DNA of 63,873 bases, filler included, from Basidiobolus ranarum (lineage: Eukaryota), in the NCBI GenBank assembly GCA_040143965.1. It is 24 parts of 24 records of this genome, joined end to end, with 100 filler letters (N's around TTAATTAATTAA, not from the genome) between each part and the next. Parts side by side here need not be neighbours in the genome. Positions count along the whole stretch, not along the records: positions 1 to 2,576 come from JASJQH010010062.1; positions 2,677 to 5,251 come from JASJQH010010063.1; positions 5,352 to 7,924 come from JASJQH010010064.1; positions 8,025 to 10,597 come from JASJQH010010065.1; positions 10,698 to 13,269 come from JASJQH010010066.1; 19 more parts are not named here. The stretch is one strand, 5' to 3'. The notes under the pieces were generated by a model that searched no databases, was not told the origin of the DNA, and was given only the letters and a program-made list of their open reading frames with translations. Shown in pieces: positions 1 through 13,012 of the stretch. Numbering within the stretch: the stretch's first letter is position 1; every line of letters begins with the position of its first letter. Made by a program: the position numbers and the translations under genes.

Positions 1-2570
1 TACTTTGTCTTGAAGTTTATCTTCAATGGCTGTACAACCCAACAATACCAAGTCTCTCTCAATCATTTCACAAGCCTGGGCGATTTTGTTTTGCCGATCT
101 GAGATGGCCCTTTCAGCGTACTCATATTCAGTTTTAAAAGCCCCATACTCCTCCGCGGTTAGTTTTCTCCAGGCCACCATTAGAGTACGAAGGCCACTAT
201 CAGAGAAATGATCCAAAGCAGATGTTACTCCATAAGTGCTCTGACCTTCTTTGAGCCTGCTTAAAATTATATTATCGGCTCCTTTACAATATAATTCTAC
301 TCCTTCCTCTGTTTCCACAATGACTGACATTCTTTTTCTATCCGAATTGAACTCGAGTACATTCAATATTGAGAATTTCTTCTTCTTGCCAAGAAATGAA
401 ATAACCATGCTACTCTTCTTTCTTTCCAGTAACTCTATGTTATTTTCTTTCAATGCAGAAACAATAGCTATCTCATCGGGTGAGGGGGATTCAAATTCGA
501 CCTTTAGAGTTTCTTCGTTTTCAACTGTCATGACCTCATGGCATAGCATAAGAGCGCGACAGTAGGTGTAAGTCAGGTCTTTAGTGTGTCCAGTGGAATT
601 TTCCAGGCTGGATAATCGTTTCAACAACGAGCCGGGGTGATCAAGTTCGTTAATTAATTTCTTTCCTATACACCAATGCGATAGTTTCATGATATTGCGT
701 GTCAGAGTACCGGTTTTATCAGAAAAGATGTACTCCACTGCACCCAGATCCTCGTTCAGATTTGAGCTTTGTGGCTTCATACGATCTCCATTAGGCGCCT
801 TCATTAAATCATCCCAATTCATAAAGATAATTTGCACCACACGAACAATCTCTACAGTTACAAATACGGAGATCGGGATAACGTATGTGTAAATCACGAA
901 GAACGCCATAAAATCAGCGACTACACTCTATTTAAACCAAACAAAAATCAAAAGATCAGCGTGTGTGGAACGACCCTTTCGGCTTTGGAGAAGAATAGTT
1001 TACCTCGGCTTTAGTTGATTTCTCATAAGGTGTAACTAGATACCACGCATTGGGAAAGGAATAGTTCTGTTGCATATTCTAAGAGTATTTAAAGAAAAGG
1101 ATTATGTAAATGCGGCTGTTCAGACAATATGTATTGACTCTACTTACAGAAGGGACGTACTCAAGACAAATGCTTGAAGTTAACAAGAAGAGGTTGAATA
1201 CAAAAATCCCTAGCAGCATTCTATTCAGCTTCTTTTCCATAGTTGAAAATTTCAATCTAGAGTTTTTGAGATTTCTACAAATCGTCAAGGTTAAATGATT
1301 GCTTATACTTCCAACTTCAATTTCCAAAATATTATTACTCTACCTGAATATCTTAGTGTCTGAACCAACATATACCGCTACTCCGAAGACATAATCGGTA
1401 TTTCGTAGAATGGTACCTCGTAGCAATAGATTCTCTAGTTCAAGTGGCTCTACACAGTCTTCGTGTTGATCATGGACTATGGCACGTCCTTCAAACGCGG
1501 TTAGCTTTTCATTGGGCCCTTCACATTGGATACGTCCATGTATTTTCGCGATTCTCTGTTTTAAAGATTCATTTACATATCGGCTTTGAGATATTCATGA
1601 AATAAACTACCTACCTGTGGTGTATCAGACCCATGGGTAAACGGTACAGCTAACCGACGCTTTAAGTTGGTCTCGCCATCCAGCTCCACTGTCTCTACAT
1701 AACAAGTATCATCTTCAGAACTAGTACTCAGAATCACAATATCTGCTGGGATCTTTTCATTTTTGTGAATCTTCAACTATTTAGATAAAATAGGAGTTAG
1801 AAATCGGCCCCCACGAAGTCTAAGGATTAATTGTATACTCACTATATTCCCAGGAATTATATTTTTACATATAACTTCCTCAAGATTTCCTTCGCGTATC
1901 ATGGTGTACACCTGATTGTTGGCAAGCTTATCTTGCTTATATCGTTTCTAGTGAGCAGACCAATGTTTAGTAGCAGTACGTATATGTAAATAGATATATG
2001 TGTAATCGTATATACATAGTCTTCAAGAGCATCTTTCACGGCCGTAACAGCCAATACAAAAAGTAAGGGCAGAATCTGAGTGATTGGCTCTAGAGATGGC
2101 TCGATAGCCACGAAGATAGTTCCAAGCAAGAAATATAAATTATAAAACCTTCGAAACTAGTCAAAGCACGTAAGAATCCATTAGATATGTGTATTTTTCG
2201 TCAAGAAATTCAAGCATAACCTAAAATTTCACTAAAAGCGGTAAGAACGAAGACTTACTTGATAGAATAAATTCTTGGGAAGAAATGTTATAAGTGTGTA
2301 TTTCGTCGTCCTCACATAGTTGGTAGTGTAATGATATTTTTCTTCTAAATGAACACCTGGCTCGTTAAACACTACTTCGTACTGCACCTCGTTTGTTTCT
2401 CGTCTAACAAGTCGCGGAGCAGCAACCGCACTATGGCTACTATCGTTGAAGTGTTGAGTGTGAAATGAGAGTCGTGACCTGGGAGGTATGCGGACCACTC
2501 CACTTATTGAAGAGATTTGTGTTGAAGCTAGCGACGAAGTATCACCTTCCTGGTGGTGAGGAACCAGCAT
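1..2570 (-). CDS. P4-type ATPase (phospholipid flippase, DRS2/DNF-like), multi-exon, 3'-truncated at contig edge
   Basis: Spliced minus-strand translation gives [81 protein letters not shown] (phospho-Asp, ~701-750) and SPDEIA; several short GT-AG introns. Confidence 0.95.
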
Positions 2571-2576
2571 GTTGTA

Positions 2577-2676
2577 NNNNNNNNNNNNNNNNNNNNNNNN
2601 NNNNNNNNNNNNNNNNNNNNTTAATTAATTAANNNNNNNNNNNNNNNNNNNNNNNNNNNNNNNNNNNNNNNNNNNN
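2577..2676. other. Artificial contig spacer (first of 23 identical ones)
   Basis: 44 N + TTAATTAATTAA (stops in six frames) + 44 N, recurring about every 2.67 kb; the contigs between shrink from 2576 to 2555 bp. Confidence 0.99.
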
Positions 2677-4930
2677 GATTATCACACAAGTAATTAAGTC
2701 CAAATCATAGAGGTACTTACTCTGTGCCCATGGATTATGCTTTGTTGCTGTTATTGTGCTCAAACAATGCAAAAACCCATGTGCCCATTGAAAAGGGCCC
2801 TTTGTTGGCAGTTTAATATACTCAGGAGTCTCCTTGACCCATCACATTACATCCATCACTGATTTTACTGATACATTGTTAACCAGATTAGCATATGATA
2901 ATACTGACTTTTTTACATGGAGCATCATTTCACCACAGGTGCACTCCACCGGGAACTCCCAGAATGTATAGCAAGGGCCAATAATCTCTAAGCTTTGTGA
3001 AAGATGCAGCAGGGAAAGTATTGAATACTAGCTGAAATTCAGTCTATCTTCTTTGAACCTGTAATAAAGTTTCTCATATCCAATTACAGAGTCTTTGCAC
3101 AGTTGATGTATCTGCCTGAGGTCTGCCAATGTTAGTTGATGCTGTAAGAATATATTAACAATATCAACAAATAACTCCCAATGTTACAAATACTTATCAG
3201 GCAGAAATCTTTTCAAAATTCCACTTGAATATATACAAATTCAATACTGCCAGTCTTTGCACTTGAATAGAGGCCTAGATATGTGGATATTTATGGGAGT
3301 CCTGGTAAAATATGATGGTATCTTGACATTGTCAAGCATTTTCCCAATCAATTCAAACTTTGATCCTATCTCAAATGGCTCCTTTATATTGAATTTTCTA
3401 CTTTATAGCTGAGTAAGTAGTATTGGAGTGTTGTTGAACAGTAAGTACATAGTGCTTAATGTGAAGCTCTGCCTCCAGCTGATCATCTTTAGCAATATAA
3501 TCTTAGGCTACACAGTTGATACCAAGTTTGATGTTAGACTGACTATTTGGTGATTTGATATCAGTGATCATATTGAAATCAGACCAGGTTCTTGATGGTA
3601 AAATTGTGAAGTTTAGTGTGGTATTTAGATAGTAATAATGCATATGCCTGTTGGAGTAAACTCCCTTGATTTGACAAAATTTACACAAATATATTGCACT
3701 GTGACTGCAAAACACTCCAAGTTTTTTTGTGGCAGGAGTGTCACTACTACATTCAAGGATATTAGCTTTAATAAAATATTCACCCATCTGAACCCCATTA
3801 GATAACCATTCAAATTCCACCATCAAAGGCTTGAAGAAGGTTTCTATAAGCATAAGCACTGGTGATTTGTGTCATGATATGATTGATAGAATCAAATTTT
3901 ATGATGCTTATACCGTTTGGAAGGAGGAAGATTTAAGTTGATTAAATTTATTGGCCAGCAAGCCTTTCCAATGGTATACTTATTTAGTGAGAAACAATCC
4001 AGAGCCAATGCAAATGCATGATCATATGTGTTCTCAAAGAAACATTAACTTTTCCGATTCTGGTAGTGATATCCATCAAGTATGTTGGTAATAGCATCAG
4101 CTTTATGGTGAGTACCATGGTATTGGATCAATGATCTGTATTTGGGTGATTTCATAAAAACTCTAAGACAGGGAATCATTGGTATGTAAGCCAAATATGA
4201 ACAATATTGAACTGATTCCGTGATTGCCAATTGTGTGCAAACAGTACACAACTGCAGGTTTTTTAGATCATGGATGAAAGCCAAACAACCATTTGGACTT
4301 GAAGGTAGTTTAATTATAGAAGTATTATAAGTCATATAATTGACAAGTGTTTTCCACTTGTACCAGGTCTGTGGCAAGCAACAGTTGCCAATCAACTGTG
4401 ATAAGAGTGTAAGAAAACCAATAAACACCTGGTTGCTAAGATTGGATAGAAGTCTCCACTCCTCAATAATCAAAGCTGCTTCCTTTACAGTTAGTGTTAT
4501 GAATGGACTAATGTTTGCCAATAACTAAGAGTCCATAACAAAACCATTGTCTTCTTCTTCAGCTTCTAATATACCGCCATTGGTACTTGAATAACCAAGG
4601 TCAACATCTAGCAGCAAGTTCTCAAAGTTGTCTGAACATCACCATTACAATCTAGCAGAGCAGAATATGTGTTAGACCATTAAGCCTACACAACAGCCCA
4701 AAATTGCTTGGGCACATGAAACTAGAAATTCCATAGGAAATCCAGCAAACCAAAATACTCTGAATGTCAGAGCTACCATAACTTGCTCTGATGATGAGTG
4801 CTTTAACATTTTGGAAACTGTGCAGAATCTTGCCCAAAATCGCTAGGTTTTGAGCCAATTGTGGAAAAACCAAAAACAAGGCATGACTCTGAAGGTTCTT
4901 GACTTATTTCATCTGGCTTATCCTGGGTTT
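2677..4930 (-). mobile_element. Decayed CACTA/EnSpm-like transposon: transposase on -, then ORF2 fragment on + (4650-4930)
   Basis: CSSDTPATKKLGVFCSHSAIYLCKFCQIKG (Transposase_21-like) and SLLHLSQSLEIIGPCYTFWEFPVECTCG (DUF4218-like); many stops; homologous to copies on other contigs. Confidence 0.85.
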
Positions 4931-5351
4931 GGCATGATTGGGCACTATCCGGCACAATGTTATTTACTCTTTTGGAAGCAGTTTATCTTACTTATGTAGT
5001 ATATTTAAGAAAAGTACCTTTAGATATTATTGCACATTCAAAAGATGAAGAAAGCTTTAATCATAGTGTTTTAAGTCCAGAGCTCTCCATGGATATCTTT
5101 GAGTATGGATGTATTGAGAATGAATCAAGATTTTGCCTATTTTGCCTAACTTTGATCAAGGCCCACCAAATGATTTTCTTCTCTACTTTCCTGCTACAAT
5201 GCTATATCTCTTTAGGAAACCAAAGCTATGTTCTACCCTTGCTCTAAAATGNNNNNNNNNNNNNNNNNNNNNNNNNNNNNNNNNNNNNNNNNNNNTTAAT
5301 TAATTAANNNNNNNNNNNNNNNNNNNNNNNNNNNNNNNNNNNNNNNNNNNN

Positions 5352-7924
5352 GATCGTTCTGAAACGTCTTCCTTAGATGTACGTAGTGTAATTCAATCAG
5401 TATCACTTCCAGTCGAAGCTAAAAGTGTGAGCAGAGCCTCATATCCTGAGAGTGTTTTGCGCTTACCTTACGAACAGGAGATCTATTTAGAGGAAGAAGA
5501 TCTGCGATTTATTTTAACCGGTTATCGTTCTCTTGGAATGTGGACCTATGTGTATTATGGTTTATGCTTTTTGACCTTGGGTGTGATAGCCCTAGTAGGT
5601 CGTTGGATACCTCGCTTTTGGATATATTTAACTGCAGAAACTTGTGATCTTGATTCTGCAGAGTGGCTTGTTGTTGAGGTATGTAAATAATGCAATGGAC
5701 GATACTTGAGTTACTAACATTCGATCAATTGATATTCATACATTAGAATGAATGGGGTGATATTGATATCGAGAAAATTTATCGAAAGTATTATGGTGGA
5801 TCCTTAGGTAGTGTCTTCATATGTAATCCTGAGGTACTGATCTGTCGTAAATTTCAACCATTCAACGATACTTCTAACTTTTAAAATCTTCCAGGTCGCT
5901 GAAAAGAGTTTGCCACAGCTAAACTATTTCGAATACAAATACATCCGCTTCATCTTTCATCCTCTTCTCAAGAAGTTCGTTCAGAACAGGTAGGTGTTAA
6001 CCCTAGCCCTTCTTGACTAAGCAATCGCTAACTCTTTGCATTCGTTAGTCATTGGAAAGACAAGTCATGGGAGAATGTTGTCAACTGTAAAAATGGATTG
6101 GCACGGGAGGTATTGAATGAACGTAAGCTTGTCTTCGGCGACAACATGATCCAGATAAAGGAAAAATCAATTGGTCAGCTATTGACCGACGAGGTACCTA
6201 TTTCTACGATATTTGCTCATTAATGCAAGATATTGAGACGTGTTAGGTTTTGCATCCCTTTTATGTGTTTCAAATATTCAGCGTTGCCTTATGGATGCTT
6301 GATGACTATTACTATTACGCTGTGTGCATCTTTGTTATTTCGGCTTCTTCGATCATTACGACACTGGTGGAAACTCGCAAGGTATTTTGAGATTCTACAA
6401 GCAAACTTGGATCAAATTCTAATTGAACATGTACAAATAGAACACACGTAGAATGAGTGAAATGTCCCGATTCGTATGTGATGTCAGGGTCTACAGAAGT
6501 GGAAGTTGTATGTATGGAAAGCATCTAATTGTTGATTCTCATTCTAATCACGATTTGCAAATCTAGGGAGAATGGTTTCGTCCGATGGTTTAGTTCCCGG
6601 CGATGTGTTTGAGGTCAATACAGACGAATTCGCTAATTTCCCCTGTGATGGAATTCTGTTGGATGGTGATTGTATTGTTAACGAGAGTATGCTTACAGGT
6701 ACCTAATTATTTTGACGATAACTATGCATTTCTCCAGTATCTTACAGTACGATTCTTGGCTTTAGGGGAGAGTATCCCAGTCTCCAAAATCCCAGTGGTG
6801 AATGGTGCTTTAGCTGAAATGGATCTGTCGGTATCCAATGTCCATCCCAATATTGCCAAGCACTTTTTATTCTCTGGAACAAGAATTATTCGCGTAAGAC
6901 CAGGATTGCTTGATATGAGCATAAAAGACGATGAGTCTGGCATATCCGGAAAAGCTATTGGTTTGGTAGTAAGAACAGGATTCAATACTACCAAGGGTGC
7001 ATTAGTTCGCTCTATGCTCTTCCCAAAACCTAACAAGTTCGCTTTTTATCGCGATTCTTTCCGTTTTATTGGAGTCCTAGGGTGTATCGGTAATGAATTC
7101 ATTATTTGAGACAAGAGCTGGCATCGTACCGAAACTAACCTCTTTATTTAGCGATTGTTGGGTTTATGATTAGTGTAGTGAACTTTATCAAACTGGGGGT
7201 AAATTTTGATCTTTTCTTGTTATTATGATGAATTTGTGTACTAACCATATGTTTGCTTGTGGTTTCCAATATAGGTTCCTTGGGAAAAGATTCTTGTTCG
7301 TGCTCTTGATCTTATTACAATCGTGGTCCCACCAGCACTACCTGCCACCATGTCAGTGGGAACTACGTTCGCAATCTCTAGATTACGCAAATGTGGTATT
7401 TTCTGCATCAGCCCCACTAGAGTGAATGTATGTGGAAAAATCAACGCAATGTGTTTTGACAAAACCGGAACTTTGACGGAAGATGGACTGGATGTATTGG
7501 GTGTTCAGTTGGTTGACCACCAGACAAAACAATTCTCAGATTTGCATAGGAGCATGGACAGTCTAGAGCCCTCTACGGCTGCTAATCATGGGGATATCCC
7601 TATTTTACATGCTATGACTACTTGTCACTCTCTTAAACTTATTGATGGAGTATTAATGGGTGATCCTCTTGATTTGAAAATGTTTGAATTCACTCATTGG
7701 GTATTGGAGGAAGGCGGAGGTCAACCCTTGAGGATGCCATCGAAGAAAGATAAAATGTCATCCGGTGCTGCTGCCGGTTTAGTTCCTACAGTTGTCCGAC
7801 CCCCTGGAGGCAAGAAATTTGATTTGGATGCTATGTTAACTGGGAGTGGTAGTGAACAAGACAATAGTTTCCTCGAACTTGGTGTTATTCGTTGTTTTGA
7901 ATTTGTTTCCTCTCTTCGTCGTAT
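5352..7924 (+). CDS. YPK9: P5B-type ATPase (YPK9/ATP13A2-like), multi-exon, internal fragment
   Basis: [53 protein letters not shown]5B signature [52 protein letters not shown] introns. Confidence 0.95.
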
Positions 7925-8199
7925 NNNNNNNNNNNNNNNNNNNNNNNNNNNNNNNNNNNNNNNNNNNNTTAATTAATTAANNNNNNNNNNNNNNNNNNNN
8001 NNNNNNNNNNNNNNNNNNNNNNNNAGCCTTGCTAATCAAGTCTGCAGCCATGTTTCCATACCTTGTTACAGTGCCCTCAACAAAGCAGGACTAAAGGTAG
8101 ATCAAAATTAGTCAAGTCTGCCTATTTTTTGGTATTTTTAGTTTCATGGTTTATCATTTATTCTTTGTTTGTGTGATATAACATATATACATAAAGAGA

Positions 8200-8743
8200 A
8201 ACTATGCTCAAATTCCTTAGTTCCACTTTGAGGTACTTCTGGAACAAAGGAATGCAGCAATGGTTCATAAGCATGTAATGGGCTCCAGGCACATTGATGT
8301 AATTGTTAGCCTTTCAAGTGAACCCATCCCATCCTTTGAGCTGAACATTCAACCAATCTTCCTTCTTTCTAGTTAGAGGTATGGTGTAAAATATATGGCC
8401 TAAATACTGATACTTGCTCTACATTGCCACTAGATTCATAATGAAGACCAAGTTTGAGCAAAGACTTTGCAATGTTAACCCATTTTTCTAGTTGAATTTG
8501 AGCAATCTCCAAGGCCTTTGACCAGACCAAACTGATTTGTTCTGCATGGGTCAAGATGTGAAGTTGAGAAGAAACCTTCTTGGCCTCTTCTTTAGTGATA
8601 AGTTCTAAGAAGTAAGATAAATTCAAGAACCCTTCATTCCAATTTTAGTATATTTGAGGTGGAAGGTTTACTAGTCCAACAAAAGCTACCCTTTGATTCT
8701 GAGCTTCCAATTGTTTAGCAATTACATATGCTACCACCCTACC
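8200..8743 (-). pseudogene. Thioesterase-domain remnant of an NRPS-like (A-T-TE) atromentin/quinone synthetase-type enzyme
   Basis: GRVVAYVIAKQLEAQNQRVAFVGLVNLPPQI, NWNEGFLNLSYFLELITK, EKWVNIAKSLLKLGLHYESSGNV, KEDWLNVQLKGWDGFT*, YINVPGAHYMLM. Collinear with the AtrA/GreA-type TE domain as I recall it; contains stops and a frameshift. Confidence 0.75.
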
Positions 8744-9339
8744 TGTGTTTCATCCTTAAGCATCTGTCTTTATTACCACAACAATGTCTTAATATCATAT
8801 ATGCATTGGGCAAGGCTAATATGCCAACTGCTGCAAAGTGTGCTGGTAGAATACAATATCTTATGAGGCAGCCCATACCTTTAATAGCATAACAATGAGT
8901 TTGTGTAAATGTGATTTAGCATATTTTATCAGTGTTGGCTGGTTGTTTAGGTAGAAATGGGCTAGGGTTAGTCTATCCCACATGTAAGTTGCAAATACAT
9001 ATGGATTTCATATTTCTACCCAATTACTGGTACATGTTGAAATGAGACTCACATTAGTTTAATTTCATAATCAGTTATTTGATGTTGTAGCACCATACTA
9101 TATAGTGGGAGCTAACCTGAGCAAATCTAATATAGCAGGCCCTAAATAAGAATGGAAATTGTGGAAATCTACAGTGTCACTTAGCCTAACACTATATAAT
9201 GAGCTCTACCTAACGATGAATATAGCTACTTAATGTTGCTCAATATAAACCAAATAGATTAGATGAGCTGGATAATGTATTAAATACTTTGTAGTTGGTC
9301 TATTCATATGGTTAAACAGCCATCTATCTGTCAGAGTAT

Positions 9340-9678
9340 TTGGGAGTCTATAGGAAGAGGTTTAGAGAATATGGGAAATTGGTGATTTTCACTTATTAGT
9401 AAATTGAGTAGAAAGCTGACATTTATAGTTTTTTCAAGATGTAACCAAAACAATATGCAGAATGTGTTAAGGAAGATTCCAGAAACTTGTGTGCAAAGTT
9501 TGGGGCTTCTAGCACAAGTTTGAAAATCTATATATCTGATGACTTCTAAGTTGGTGTGAATATTCAAAGTAAATTCCTTATGAGAATAATTGGTAGTTTT
9601 GCAGTTAAATATGAGTAAACTAAGTACTAAGCTATATATATTACTATATAGGTATGTGGGCATTGCTAATTTCAACAC
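9340..9678 (-). repeat. Degenerate solo LTR, copia LTR family B
   Basis: Reverse complement begins TGTTGAAATTAGCAATGCC and matches the LTRs at 42157, 55206 and 59354. Confidence 0.75.
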
Positions 9679-10222
9679 TATCTACATGGAATTTGGTGTG
9701 TATATATTTCAATCTGCATCAGAGAGAAAAATCAAGTGAAGAACATGGGATCAGCAAGTGTATGCTACAACACAATGTCAAACTTTCTGAGTGAATATGT
9801 AAATGTCTGTTGGTTGGTACTATGAATATATATTCAAAGACAGTTAGTCAATAAGTGATCATCACCAATCTGAATTCACTTAGGTATACAAAAGATACTC
9901 AGTAATATAGGGCCCCTTTGGCTAAAAAATCAATCATAATATAGTGTCATTTATATACATTATTTCCTAGTAATCCTGGCTAAATAGGTTCATAACTTTA
10001 TGATAACACTTAAGTTTGCATAACTATGCAATTACGGCATAAGAAGCATGTGCATCAAAAATCATGGCTTTCAGCTTACTATATGAGATAGTTCAATCAT
10101 TGGGCATCGGGCCTTTGATACTTTGTCGACTTTTTCTGAATTTCTCTTTTTTTAAACACCCCAAGCTTGGAAATACTCTAAATATATTTAAATTACAATA
10201 ATCAATTGAAGGTGTGTAACAT

Positions 10223-10295
10223 GCCCGGCTAGCTCAATCGGTAGAGCGTAAGACTCTTAATCTTAAGGTTGTGGGTTCGACCCCCACGTTGGGTG
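10223..10295 (+). tRNA. tRNA-Lys (CTT)
   Basis: 73-nt cloverleaf; acceptor GCCCGGC/GTTGGGT; anticodon arm TAAGA-CT-CTT-AA-TCTTA; GGTTCGA T-loop; oligo-T Pol III terminator at ~10304. Confidence 0.97.
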
Positions 10296-10486
10296 ACTAA
10301 TTATTTTTTCTTGGCAGTCAACTGGTTTTGTTGTATATATGGAGTAATAGGGTCATAATATATTGTGTGCATAAAGAGGGACTAAAATATGGACAATCTT
10401 TTAGAAGGAATTTCCATATACTTGTAACAAATATAGTTTCCTGCCTTTCTGCACTAAATCGTCAAAACTGATTAGAAAAGGTACAT

Positions 10487-10559
10487 TGGAGGACCTGGGT
10501 ATCGATCCCAGTGCCTCTCGCATGCTAAGCGAGCGCTCTACCATCTGAGCTAGACCCCC
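10487..10559 (-). tRNA. tRNA-Ala (AGC)
   Basis: Reverse complement GGGGGTCTAGCTCAGATGGTAGAGCG CTCGC-TT-AGC-AT-GCGAG AGGCA CTGGG-ATCGATA-CCCAG GTCCTCCA; G3:U70 identity pair and the eukaryotic Ala ATCG T-loop. Confidence 0.97.
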
Positions 10560-10697
10560 GTTTCTGTTAGCCATTGAGTATATAGCAATCAAAAAGANNN
10601 NNNNNNNNNNNNNNNNNNNNNNNNNNNNNNNNNNNNNNNNNTTAATTAATTAANNNNNNNNNNNNNNNNNNNNNNNNNNNNNNNNNNNNNNNNNNNN

Positions 10698-13012
10698 CAG
10701 AAAGCTTTAAGGACATGCTGCTAGATGTTGACCTTGGTTATTGCAGTGCTGATGGTAGTATATCAAAAGTTGAAGAAGCAGACTATGGTTTGTTACAAAT
10801 GCTTTGTTGTTGGCAGGCATTAGTCCACTCATAACACTTAGAGTAAAGGAGGCAGCTTTGATTATTGAGCAGTGGAAAGTTCAATCCAATTTTAGCAACC
10901 AGGTGTTTGTTGGTTTTGTTGCACTCTTACCACAGTTGATTGGCAACTGTTACTTACCACAGACCTGGTACAAGTGGAAAACACTTGTCAATTGTATGAC
11001 TTATAATCCTTCAGTAATTAAACTACCTTCATGTCCAAATAGTTGTTTGACTTTCACTTTTGATCTGAAAAACATGAAGTCATGCACTGTTTGCACACAA
11101 TTAGCAATCACTTTAATCAGGTTAATATCATTACTATTTGGCTCACATATCATTATTTCCCTTTCTTAAAGTTTTGAAGAAATCATTCAAATATAGATCA
11201 TTGATTCAATATCAAAGTACTCACAATAAAGCTGATGGTATTACCATTGTACTGGATGGATATCACTCCCAGAATTTCAAAAGTCATGGTTTCTTTGAGA
11301 ACATGTATGTTCATGTATTTGCCTTGGCTCCGGATTGTTTCTTGCTAAACAAATATACCATTGGAAAGGCTTGCTCGCCAATAATTATAATTAACTTAAA
11401 ATTTCTTCATTCTAAATTGTATCAGAGTCATGACAATACTTTAATATTATCCTTCATATCAGGACCTAAATCACCAGTACTTATAGATAGCTTCTTGGAG
11501 TCTTTGATTGTGGAATTTGAATGGCTATCTAATGGGGTTCAGATGGGTGAATAATTTAATAAAGCTAATATCATTATATGTGTTCATTTGATATGGATGA
11601 GCCATTTGAGATAGGATCCAAGTTTGAAACAATTTGGAAAATGCCTGAAACATCAAAATACCATCATATTTTACCAGGACTCCCATTAGGATCCACTCAC
11701 CTAAACATTCATCCAAATTGAAGACTGGAAGTATTAGATTTGTATAAATTCAAGCGGAATCTTGAAAAAATTTTGGCCTGATAAGTATTGGCAACATTGG
11801 AAGTTGTTTGTGGATATTGATAATGTATTGTTATCACATCCACGCACATTGGCCAATCTCAGTCAGAAACAGCAACTGTGTGATGAATTTGTAGTTGGAA
11901 ATGAAAAACTTTACTACAGGTTTAAAGACAATAGACTGAATCTATGCCATAATTCATTATATTCCCTGTTGCATCTTTCACAATGCTTAGAGATTATAGG
12001 CCCTTGCTATACATTCCAGGAGTTCTCAATGGAGTGCACTTGAGGTGATATGAAGCACTGTGTGAAATCATCAGTATGGCCAAATGCTATTCTGATTAAC
12101 AATGTATCAGCAAAATCAGTGATGGATGTAACACAATGGGGTAAGGAGACTCCAGTGTATATCAACCTTCCAACAAAGGGCACTTTTCAATGTGCTCACA
12201 GGTTTTTGTATTGTTTGAGCACAATAACAGTAACAAAGCCTAATCCATGGCCACAGTGTAAGTATCTCTATAAGTCAGACCAATTTGTTTGAGGATAATC
12301 TTAAGGTATTCAAAGGAAAGGTAGTAGACAGACTTCTTGGTGAGATAGATCAAAATTTGCAGTATCATTGTTTTAGCCATAGGGTAATCTATTCAAGCAA
12401 TGACACATCTACTTGTGGCAGAACATTTGTTGACTGCAAGATGAGGATATTTGGGCTGAATTGTTTATGGACATTTACCAAAATTCAAGAGCTTATTCTC
12501 ATTGTGAATTGTAACAAGAGACGGCTATTTGCCAAGTGTCAGTGGTATTCAACATATCAGATGTATAGCAATATTTTGACTATTAGTTTGCTAGTAAAGT
12601 ATAATGATATTGCTAAGTTATGTCTGATCAGTCATGTAAATGCATATGTAAAGACTAAACACAAAAATATTCTGGTATTTTTGATTCTCATTATGGCTGG
12701 AATACAAAGCCTAAAATATCTAAATAAGGGTATGCATGTTAATTTGAATTCCTACAGCAGCAAACCCAGTAATTTGCCATTCAAAAATTAGATTTTTGCA
12801 AAAATTGCCGGAAATTAAATAGCACATGCAAAAATGAGGATCAATGTTTCAACATGTATGAATACCATCAAATTACCATCAAAAAGCTGCCAACTCACCA
12901 TCAAAATCCTTGGCAGAATGCAAGCCACCAACATTGTGATAGTTCTCTGATGGCTTTGCAATCCTGAAGGGTGCATCCAATCCTCATCAAATCAATCTTA
13001 TTTTTGTTGGGG
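10698..13012 (+). mobile_element. Decayed CACTA/EnSpm-like transposase and right terminus
   Basis: ALAPDCF...IIIINL...LILSFISGPKSPVLIDSFLESLIVEFEWL, then LLHLSQCLEIIGPCYTFQEFSMEC; ends ...ATTTTTGTTGGGG as in the other copies; internal deletion near 11590. Confidence 0.88.

Noticed and set aside
251-892. Plus-strand ORFs at 251-565 and 689-892
   Set aside because: Antisense shadows of the P4-ATPase exon.
2621-2632. TTAATTAATTAA recurring about every 2.67 kb
   Set aside because: Artificial linker inside N-runs; ORFs ending in XXX-LIN or XXX-N are artefacts of it.
1-7924. Apparent cluster of two P-type ATPases
   Set aside because: They are on different contigs; the proximity comes from length-sorted concatenation.
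10401-10592. 63-aa ORF MIAIYSMANRNGGLAQMVERSLSMRE
   Set aside because: Spurious translation of the tRNA-Ala gene.
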